Origin: Lytechinus pictus
Taxonomy: Eukaryota
Assembly: GCF_037042905.1 (NCBI RefSeq)
Contig: NC_087245.1
Coordinates: 3,102,001 to 3,166,000 of the forward strand
DNA length: 64,000 bases
Direction of reading: 5' to 3'
Both the position numbers and the translations under genes were made by a program. A model generated the notes under the pieces. It was not told the DNA's origin and did not search any database. It was given only the letters and a program-made list of their open reading frames with translations. This document shows, one piece after another, positions 1-10,600 of the stretch; position 1 is the first letter of the stretch, and the number at the start of each line of letters is the position of its first letter.

Positions 1-556
1 ATTTATTCAATTTTTCTCAAACTTTTGTTGATCTGTTTCTTTGATTTATCTGTTTTCACACAAGCTATCTTGTTCTAAAGTTTCATTCATTTAACAGTGA
101 TCTACTGAAATGAAACAATGAGAGCCTCAAAGTACTAGTAAGGCCTTACATGTAAAGGCCTACATGTACATGTATATTTGTGACAGTGACATGAATAATT
201 TCACATTAAATTTGAAAACCTCTTCATATTAATTTAACCTCCTTGAAAGGCTTATGATTTTTCTGGTGCTCTCCAAGATAATATGGATGTTAATTGTGTG
301 GGCTTTGGATAGTCAAAAGATCTTTATGTACATGTATGCAACTAGTACTAAACATCATTTTCTCCCTATGTCAGCCAGATTCCGAGCAGGTGCTGACCAG
401 AGAATAAGACACAGTTCTCTACTCATTTCTCAACGGGGGTGGGGAATTCACTTGAACATTTCTCAAAACTTTGTACAAACATTATTTTGTGGTCCATTTA
501 TATCGTACATGAACATCACATGTTGAAACATATAATTGAATACACTAAGAAATATA

Positions 557-1632
557 CAGTGCGTTTCAGAAAAAAGGTAATCCAAATCTAGAGGGCCGGT
601 ATTCGGATCGTTTTTAATTTTGTGAAATTATTCTGCATTGGTATGAAAGAAAAACTCATCAGCTTTCAATTGATACCATATTTGTACCATCTGTGCCACG
701 CATGACCGAAATAATTGATGTTGAAGACAACAGGTGCAGGTACCACTTTTTCCAAGTTTTGGTATAGTGGGTAAAATGTGCGCTTCATAGAATAAAATGT
801 AAAAAGTAATGTTTGGAATGAAGAGTCAAGGCATTCCTCTGAAATGCTGATTGAAAGGTTAATGTCTTATTCATCATCATCACCTTCAACATTTCCTCTT
901 CTCCTTTGCTCACAAAACTGGTAGCATTGAGGGATTAAGGATATCTTGGACAGCTCGTTTTAGCATTGCTGGATCATTGCACAAAAAGCATCCAACTCAT
1001 GTCGAATTCGGCGTTGCAAATCATCAAGATCTTGAGAAGGAATTACAAATACATTGTTGTTAAGTGTCCCCAAAGGAAATAATTACATGGCGCTGAGGTC
1101 AGGGGATCTTGGTGGCCATTCTACTTCATGGTTGAGGGCAACAACTTGATGTCCGAAGAGTTCTTTTAGTCTTTCTCGAATGATGTTGGAACGAAGGACA
1201 GGAGTGCTTGTCCCGAATCCACCAAAGATGCAGGTACACTCCTTGAACCTGCCTCTCAAAATGTTGGTCCAAAGCCTGAGGTATGATCTGCTTGTTAATA
1301 ATTTGCAAGTACATTCACCCACTTACACTCCTTTTGGAATAAAAAGGTTCAATCATGATTTTTGCCAGCTCAGGCATCGATGTAAGTATTTATGTCAGCA
1401 TCTGCCCTTTCATCAAGCTCTCAAAAACTTTGAAAAAGTGGTATCTGCACCTGTTGTCTTCAACATCACTTTAAATAATTTGGTCATGCATAGCACAAAT
1501 GGTACAAATAGGGTATCAATGGAAAGCTAATGAGTGTTTCTTTCACATCCATGCAGAATAATTTCCCAAAATTGAATGTAATTCGAATACCAGCCATCTA
1601 GTTTTGGATTACCTTTTTTCTGAAACGCACTG
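557..1632 (-). mobile_element. Tc1/mariner-superfamily transposon relic with ~200-bp terminal inverted repeats
   Basis: TA|cagtgcgtttcagaaaaaa...ttttttctgaaacgcactg|TA. Imperfect TIRs extend about 557-760 and 1425-1632. An internal minus-strand, frameshifted transposase fragment reads VVALNHEVEWPPRSPDLS. Confidence 0.9.
1000..1322 (-). pseudogene. Degenerate DDD/E transposase C-terminal fragment (WPPRSPDL motif)
   Basis: WPPRSPDL is the conserved ITm/Tc1-mariner motif preceding the last catalytic residue. The frame is broken by stops and frameshifts. Confidence 0.8.
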
Positions 1633-1708
1633 TATAGTTGAAGTCAATTCACAGTGTAAGAATAATTGTAGATGCATTCCATTTCATTGTAGGAGTTAGG
1701 TTGATCAA

Positions 1709-1900
1709 CCTTGTTGGTTTGCTCAGTTGGTAGAGCGTTAGCGTCACAACCTGGAGGTCGGGAGTTTAAGCCCGGTTGCATCAGACTAAATTTTCTGCTG
1801 CTACCCTGTTTGGCATTCAATGATTTGATAGAACAATGTCAATCTGGTACTGCTCAGTAGCTGCCTGGCCTTCTGATCAAATGGGAAAAATAAATTTTAA
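1709..1900 (+). mobile_element. tRNA-derived SINE (degenerate)
   Basis: A-box-like tgctcagttggtagagcg (~1720-1737) and B-box-like gggagtttaagccc (~1760-1773), followed by a non-tRNA body (tgctgctaccctgtttggc). Confidence 0.65.
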
Positions 1901-2000
1901 GAGGATTTCTATTTTGAACATAAAAATTTGGATTATTTTTATTATTATCATCAATTCATATACATGTTCATTCTAGAGGTCTTGCTGTAGTGATCTCATT

Positions 2001-2983
2001 GTCTTGCCTGCATAGCAGAGTGAGACTATAGGCGCCGCTTTTCTGACGGCGACGGCGGCGATGTCAACATCAAATCTTAACCGAAGGTTAAGTTTTTGAA
2101 ATGACATCATAACTTAGAAAGTGTATGGACCTAGTTCATGAAACTTGGGCATAAGGTTAATCAAGTATTAGTGAACATCCTGCTCGAGTTTCAGGTCACA
2201 TGACCAAGGTCAAAGGTCATTTAGGGTCAATGAACTTTGGCCAAGTTGGGGGTATTTGTTGAATTACCATCATAACTTTGAAAATTTATGGATCTAGTTC
2301 ATGAAACTTGGACATTAGGTTAATCAAGTACCACTGAATATCCTGCCTTAGTTTCAGGTCACATGACCAAGGTCAAAGGTCATTTAGGGTCAATGAACTT
2401 TGGCCAAGTTGGGGGTATTTGTTGAATTACCATCATAACTTTGAAAGTTTATGGATCTAGTTCATAAAACTTGGACATAAGAGTAATCAAGTATCACTGA
2501 ACATCCTGTAGAGTTTCAGGTCACGTGACCATGGTAAAAGGTCATTAAAGGTCAATAAACTTTGGCCATGTTGGGGGTATTTGTTGAATTACCATCCTAA
2601 CTATGAAAGTTTATGGATCTAGTTCATAAAACTTGGGATACAAGAGTAATCAAGTATCACTGAACATCCCCTGTGAGTTTCAGGTCACAAAACCAAGGTC
2701 AAAGATCAGTTAAGGTCAATAAACTTAGGCCATGTTGGGGTAATTGTTGAATTGCCATCAAAGTTTATGGATAGAGTGAATGAAATGTGGACATGGGTGT
2801 AGTTGACAAGTCTTAAGTCACCGTTCAAATGTCATTTATGGTCAATGAATGTGGTATTATGTCATTATATGAATGGTGTTTTTGTGAATGATCATTTTAC
2901 AGTAGTTTTCATAGTTACATGTAGCACTGCTGCTATATTAAATCGCGTAATGCAGGCGAGACTGCCAGAGGCGTTCCACTTGT
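2001..2983 (+). mobile_element. Non-autonomous Helentron-type (HINE/DINE-1/pearl-like) element, family A, with about 4.5 tandem ~163-bp units
   Basis: 5' hairpin gtc(t/c)..cctgcatagcagagtgagac, then (ggc)n-like microsatellite. Unit starts at 2127, 2290, 2453, 2615, 2769. The 3' subterminal IR atgcaggcgagac is complementary to the 5' end and is followed by a short gcc-aga-ggc stem and a T-rich flank. Confidence 0.8.
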
Positions 2984-3137
2984 TTTATATTTATGTGACT
3001 AATGCTAACTTCATTTTATAGAAAAAATCCTTACATCAGCAATTGTACATTGTACTGCAATTCAAATCTGTTTTACTGTGAAACATGCTTTTCTTTTAAC
3101 AATGTCATTGCAAATACATGTTATACCGTAATACATT

Positions 3138-3353
3138 CTGAGTGTGTTTCACAAAGATAAGTGTGACTCTAAAAATGTACTTAAATTTTAGTTGAGTGTG
3201 GTATTTAACACATCACCGCATAGGCCAGATCATGCGCAGGTGATGCGCACTCGTGCGTATCCATCTATCAGATTATGCGTTAAATAACGTGTGTCGGTGC
3301 TTTAAGCATTACGCTACATGTAAGTCACACTTATCTTTGTGAAACTCTCCCTG
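3138..3353. mobile_element. MITE with ~25-bp TIRs
   Basis: gtttcacaaagataagtgtgact at left versus agtcacacttatctttgtgaaac at right. Confidence 0.75.
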
Positions 3354-3849
3354 TTCATAGTATTGTAGCTGCTTTCATACCACCCACCCTGTTAATGTTT
3401 TATACCCTAAAGTGCATCATCATTGTAGGCCTAGCATGCCACGTTCAGACCGGCCTCAAAATACCAGATAATTTGTTCCTTGCATCATACCTGCATGGAA
3501 AAGTTTGCCACATTATTTTGTTTTCACACATTTTGCACAAATGAATGGTATTTCTATTCTAATCTGACTAGAATTCTGATCAGGAAGTTCCAAGTATTTT
3601 TGTTATTACTTGGGTATGAATCACCTTTAGAATAGAAGAAAAAACAATACATGTATATATACACCATGAATATGTGTACACACATTCTCTGATCCATGTT
3701 AGAATATTTTAGATAGTCACATACAAGGTTTACTATTGTTGAGCAGACATCAGTGTTGGCCTACATTGACTATTATTACCTAGTATACAAGTCATTTTAA
3801 CAACTTAAAATTTTGCATGCTACAGTGTAGTTTCAATCCTAGACCAAAG

Positions 3850-4380
3850 TGGTAAACATTTGCTATATATTATGTTGCCCTCTTCCGGGTTTTGCCAATT
3901 GGAATACTTAAAAACTGAGGGCAACATTTGCCATATTTTTGCCTGTGCGCTTGCGATTTTGATTGCTAAAATTTCAGTATTTGCGAAATCTGGTTGGAGT
4001 CAGTTTGTGAGCCAACGCATTGTAGATAATGCGTGGCATGGCCAGTGCATACGCATTCCCAGCTGATCAAACCTATTAAAAGCGCAAGATTTGTATGTGT
4101 TATTGCGTGTCATACAAGATGCACGACTGACCTCAGAAGTAGTGAAAAGCTTTAATATCTATCTATAGGCATAAATTGTTCCAAATAATAGCTTGAATTA
4201 CACATTATACAGCTATTGTAATGAATATTGACTGGCTCTTCTTTGAGGAAACATATATTGCCCATATTGCCCTTGTCTGAAGACTCAGGCCAATGTGATT
4301 CTGTTGCGGCAACATTTTGATGCTCCCCTCAAGGCCAATCAATATTACATACCTGCTGGATGCTACAATATCCCTTACAA
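3850..4380. mobile_element. Degenerate long-hairpin element
   Basis: Imperfect hairpin 4224-4346 centred on attgcccttgtc-tgaa-gactcaggccaat; second IR atgttgccctc/gagggcaacat at 3872-3928. Confidence 0.45.
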
Positions 4381-4563
4381 ATTTTTAATTACTTTCATGG
4401 AATGTACATTTCATGTCATTGCTGATGGCTCTTTAATGTTTCAAAACATTATTTCTATGCCAGCAATAGCACCTGAACTTGAATGAATTTAATTTTTTCA
4501 CATTCTCCATTCCCTTTGGTGTATTCTTTAATTTTTTTAAATGTTTTTAATCTTCTTTTATAG

Positions 4564-4643
4564 AACTAATTGGAGAAGGTGCAGATTGTTCTCTTACAGA
4601 AGCTGAACTGAATGGATTCTCCAGCTGTAAAGCAAAAATAGCG
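4564..4643 (+). CDS. MGAT5: MGAT5 coding exon (window exon 1; xLIGEGADCSLTEAELNGFSSCKAKIA)
   Basis: Acceptor ttttatag, donor gtaggt. Resembles vertebrate DIINGAQEKCVLPPMDGYPHCEGKIK and ends in phase 0 before the WMRDMW exon. Confidence 0.85.
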
Positions 4644-7600
4644 GTAGGTACCATCAGAATGATTTTCATTCTACACCTGGTCCAAAGGTTCCTGAAATGA
4701 TATGTGAAATCAATATCTTAAAATGTATGTTTGTATGGTGCAATTAAGCAAGCAAACTCTGGAATCTTCATTGAGATTGGATGAAAAATATGAAAAAAGA
4801 TGTGTACATGTTTTTTGTTTTTTTCTCTTGGCATTATTATAAAGAAAGTAGATTTGTGTTTCTGCTCCAAGATTGTGAAAGCATTTATTATGTTTGTGCA
4901 TCATTGGTATAACGTACTTAGTTACGATTTAAGACATTAAAAAAAATCATGTAATGAATTAAAGTATATCATCAGCTCACTTATGGATATTGTCACCTCA
5001 CTCATGGATATTGTCACCTCACTTGTGGATATTGTCAGCTCACTCATGGATATTGTCACCTCACTTGTGGATATTGTCAGCTCACTCATGGATATTGTCA
5101 CCTCACTCGTGGATATTATCAGCTCACTCGTGGATATTATCAGCTCACTCGTGGATATTATCAGCTCACTCGTGGATATTATCAGCTCACTCGTGGATAT
5201 TATCAGCTCACTCGTGGATATTGTCACCTCACTCGTGGATATTGTCACCTCACTCGTGGATATTGTCACCTCACTCGTGGATATTATCAGCTCACTCATG
5301 GATATTGTCACCTCACTCGTGGATATTATCAGCTCACTCATGGATATTGTCACCTCACTCGTGGATATTATCAGCTCACTCGTGGATATTATCAGCTCAC
5401 TCATGGATATTGTCACCTCACTCGTGGATATTATCAGCTCACTCATGGATATTGTCACCTCACTCGTGGATATTATCAGCTCACTCATGGATATTGTCAC
5501 CTCACTCGTGGATATTATCAGCTCACTCGTGGATATTATCAGCTCACTCGTGGATATTATCAGCTCACTCGTGGATATTCATGATGATGATTATGTTTAC
5601 ATTATACGACTTTAACTTAAGAAATGCCCGAAATTATAAAAATACAATTTTTGAAAGTTTTGATGATGTTTTATACGGTTTGCTTGTTTGATTTTTACTC
5701 TATTTTTGATATTCCTATCAATTTTAGGCTCAAGTGTACACCCCTTTAAATCAAAATGTTGGGAATGGAATTAATGGATAGGTGTGCGGAATGAAAAGAT
5801 ATGAAGAGAAAGAACAAAGGAGTTAGAATAATATGTGTAGGGAAAGAGATGGGAAGAGGTGGATGAGAGAGAGAGAGAAGGGGGGGGGGTTCAGGTTGAA
5901 TCAAAGAAGAGAAAGAGAGAAGGAGAGGGAGGCAGAGGATGAAGAAGATTCAATCTGTCTATTAAAGGAAGAAATCTTAAATATCCTTTTACAAATTAAT
6001 AAGGCCTATATGTTGTTTTGTATGAAATGGACACATGTTTGTTGGATAAAAAGAAAATGATTTCTCAAGAAGAAATCATCATACAGTATATTGCTCCCAT
6101 CAATGCATGTGTTGATTCTGTCTCAATTTCATTGTTCTTTTTTTCAACAGTGGATGAGGGACATGTGGCGATCTGATACATGTTATGCACGGTATGGAGT
6201 TGATGGTACAGACTGTTCATTCAGGGTTTATCTCAGTGAGGTAAGACCAGATTTGCAGACAAATGACTTCCAGATTTAAAGGCTTACAGTCATTAAAATA
6301 AACTCAAATTTTGCTCATTGCAGGAAGATTTTCAATCAAATGCAACCCTCAAACGAAATCATAAATTGATTTTCTATTTAATCAGAAGTGGACAATTCAG
6401 GCATTTATTTATTTATTTAGTTGGATCTTTAAAGATTTGTATTTCAATGCGCAACAGGAACTTGGGTTGACTTGAGTTTGTAAAAAAAAGAAAGAAGAAT
6501 TAATGAGGTGGCTGAAGATCACTGGGCTTCACTGCCTGGAGCTGGATTTTAGTGGAAACTCCAATTCCAGATAACTTGCTTGATTACATGTATAAATCTA
6601 CATTTCTATCAATAAAATAACACTTATTTGACTTTTTATCAAAATATATGGATAAAAGAAAGTGGTCCCACATAAACTTTAACTTGAGCAGTTTTGTCTA
6701 TTTGAGGAAATAAGAATATTTGGTCTTGCAATCAGTTTAACAATTGGAAACACATGATGAATGCATCTCACCCCTCTCTTCCAGTGCCTTTAGTAAACCA
6801 ATTTTCCCTTTAATATGTGATACAATACAAACATGCTTTAACTGATGAGACTAATTTATCAAATTAGATTTCTACTCTACTGACGTATTGAGCAATGCAT
6901 TATTCAGTGGTTCTATAAAACTTGCTGGGCACTCAATTAAACTCATTTGATCACCAAATGTTATATACCCTTATATATGTTTCCATACACACCCTTGTTC
7001 TTTTTGTTTTATTTTGTCTTGTCACAGGTTGAAAACTGGTGCCCAAGAGTAAAGGGCAGAGAAATTGATCCTCCGAGTATAATTCTTCGGGACTATGAAA
7101 AGGTGAGAAAATTGGGACCTGAATGTAAGTTAAAAAGTAATGGAAAGAGTTTATTCTGACAAAATAAATCATAAATTCACTGTCAGTTCCACATTCTGAA
7201 GATTTTATGACACTATTAGCTGTAAAATTAATTGATCTGCGCAAATTTGGGTCAAAGGACTCGGAGTATAATAATAAAGAATGTAGAAATACTTGATTTT
7301 CTCATCAAATTTCACACATACATGTATGTTTAGACCACTCTTTGAATAATGTCATTAAAATTGTGACAAATGTACTTTGCAATAGAAATATCAAATGCAA
7401 GTTTAGAGTTACTTTATTAAGCCAATGTAAGTTCATATGATTCAGAAATACTGTGGTCACCATATCATGATCTTTGCATGTGTATTTCTTTCCTAACTTT
7501 ATTTAACCCAGTATTGTGCCTTCCAGTGGAAACTGCAATGCTAACAGAGCCAAAGATCCAATCAAATTAGGGTTTCTCTGGCAATCATAATTGATTATAT

Positions 7601-10600
7601 AGTTACCATATAAAGAGTAAACTTTTATGCAACAGGGCCCATATGTGATATATCAACCATCGATTTCAGTATGAATAATAAATGACAGAATGGCATTGTT
7701 AATCAATCATCAACCTGTGCTGTTCAGACTTCAACATTAACAATTCATATCATGATCAAGATGACTTCAAGTTCATAAGGTCAGCTCATACACAGTAGGT
7801 CTATTTAAAAAAGAAATCTGTGAAACAAACATAAATGAAAACTGTTAACTATTCTTAAGGACTTAGAATTTGCTTTTAAAAGTTGTGAGAGTCACTCTAA
7901 AAAGAGGCTTTGTTTATTTTGCTGGAATAGCCAAAATTTTCACTCTATTTAAAATCAATTTTTCCGTAATTGCACTTCTTATTGATAAGGAGAAAAAAGC
8001 TCTTCAAAATTTCCTTTTTAATTTTGGCTATTTGATTGCATGTACACATACATTCTGTTGCTCTCTACCTTTCTTTATACTATCACATTTATGTAAAAGT
8101 TATTCCTCTTTGAATTACAAATATTGCACTCATTGCCATTGGTGTTTAGATTACATATATGACATGAATAATATTGGATTCATATTTTATCAATATCAAT
8201 TGTTAATTTTTTTCAAAATGAATTTATTAACATGTACCCCATATGTATTGTATGTATCTTTTGATTTGACCTGCTGGGTCGAGATTGGAATTGTGAGGGC
8301 CGATACTGTTGTTGAATTTAAGTTAAATACTTGCATGAACAAAAAAATCCGGGCTCATTCTATGAGCATCCTGAGAGGGTTTGTTTGACCCACAGCACAA
8401 TTAATGTCATCAATGCTACTACCATATTGAACTTAATAGAACCTGTACATGCATACATTCTATATGTACCTCCCTCCTAGATTAAGTGATCTTGTGATAT
8501 GGCAATTCAGTGCTAGAAAAATCAGCCATTTTCACAACACTTTTTAACCTGCTGTCTAAACAAACGAGGTTGTTTTGTTTTTGTTTTTTGTTTTACTTGG
8601 TAATACCCAGTGGGTAGTCATGTAAAAAATGATAACCAACAAAAGCAAATTATCCATGGGTGAATTAGAGGTGAAAATGTTGTATGTCGTACGGGGCATT
8701 TCTGAGTCCCGTACGTCACACAACATTTTCACCTTTCATTCACTCATAAACATTTTTTATTTGTAATGAGTTTTTCACATGACTACCCACTATAACTTTA
8801 TCAATGACAAAAAAGGAAGTTTCATTGCTTAAGCATCATTCAGCCAATAAAGAGACTAGAAATTGTTGAAATGTCCCGTACGACACATATGGAATCACCC
8901 GATAACATGTTGACTATATTTACGTACTGTATTTAATTTTACATCTGCACACTATATATATCAAAAAGCCTGAAGTACAAATAATTCCTGTCGTGTGACC
9001 TGTTTATGGGAACAGGATGTTATATACATGTAGATTTTCCTGATTTCATGGTTTAATGATGCAGACTGATATAAAATATCTACCAAAATGTATGTTTGCA
9101 AAATATATGGGTATACATGTATGCCGTTAGTAAGCACCCGTAGGACAACTCTAACCCCCTTGAGTTGAATGAAAATACAAAGGAGTAAGAAATGTTTTGT
9201 CTATTTATATTTACATTGCACAAAATTGATTGCACTAAGTGATTGGTCAGTGAGAGTTTTTTGCATGCATTCGTAGACAGCATGACTTGTTTAACAGCAT
9301 CAGACTCATATTAAAATGAAAAGACAAAAGCTGCAGCCTCAGCCTGGATTATAGGCTACCTGCAAATGTGATCATGATTCAATGTGTTGCTTGATGACCT
9401 ACATGTATAACAATCATCTTGAAATCTCTAGTCTCTAGATCAATACAGTCTAATTCCCAAACCTGTAGAATTCAAGTTTTTGTCTGTGGTGACACTCATA
9501 AGGGAGTTTTCGGACAGCAAAGAACAGAGTAAATTTTTTGTCAAATGCACATCAAATGACAAAGAAAAATTCCTAAATTTTTGTCAAAAATTGATGAACT
9601 GGAAGAACAGTTTCATCTAAGTTTCAGAGATGATGAAAAATTATGGTTTGATTTACCAGTATTGAAGAACAGAGTACATTTTTTTGTCAAATTCCCATCA
9701 AATGACAAAGAAAAATTAGAAGGATTTAGTCAAAAATTGATGAACTGGAAGAGCAGTTTCTTCATAGTTTATGAGCTGATGAAAAATTACAAATATATTT
9801 AATGCTGCTTTGATTTACCAATATTGCACAAAGACTTCTATCGTTCTTTGTCATGATCGCCATTTGACAATACATTTACTCTGTCCTTGAATCCTCTGTT
9901 TATCGTTAGGGGGAAAACTCCTGAATTATGTGACATTGAGATCTTTCATATATGCAATTGTGCATATGTACATGTATTTAAAATGTATTTATTTTCTTTC
10001 TATTTTCAAACTCTGTATTATAATACTGTTGTAATGAAAATCATCACTAACCATTCAACAACCAAAATTTACCAACATTTAATGAATTAAACCAAATTTG
10101 AATGAAAATTAATCACCTTTATTCATCATCTACTGAATTTGTAAAACCACTAGAAATATTCATTCTTGGCATGACATTGAGGCCGTTCTCATTACGCTTT
10201 CTAAAACTAGTTTACTGGAAACCGATTCAGGAAACCACTTTGGAAGATCGCTTTGCTAGCGTTCCCACTTGATCACACGTAAGTGGATTTCAAAATCACT
10301 TCACGTAAAGCGCTCTTGTTGCTATGGAAACGCTCTCAGTGGGGTGACACGTTTCGCGCGAAATTCGAAACCGCAGCATAGGCATTCTACACCTGTCGTG
10401 TGGAGTAGCGCGCTCAAAATGTGCGAAGATCGCTTCCCGAAGAACGGTTGTGTCCTCACTTACGCTAAAACCAGTTTAACGAGGCAAAGCGATCTTGAAA
10501 ACTACATCGCGAGGTGGTTTTCCAAACTGGTTTGGAAGATCGCTTCCAAGACCGCTTCGACCGTTCTCACTACGCGTTAAACTAGTTTCCACTAAACTAG

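Noticed and set aside
1712..1785. tRNA gene
   Set aside because: A/B boxes are present but there is no intact cloverleaf or acceptor stem, and it continues into a SINE body.
4965..5579. CRISPR-like array
   Set aside because: Head-to-tail repeats without unique spacers, no cas genes, eukaryotic intron.
4937..5691. Three long ORFs (187-233 aa) of heptad repeats
   Set aside because: Artefacts of a stop-free 21-bp minisatellite inside an MGAT5 intron.
7870..8388. 172-aa ORF
   Set aside because: Non-ATG start, AT-rich intronic composition, no recognisable domain.
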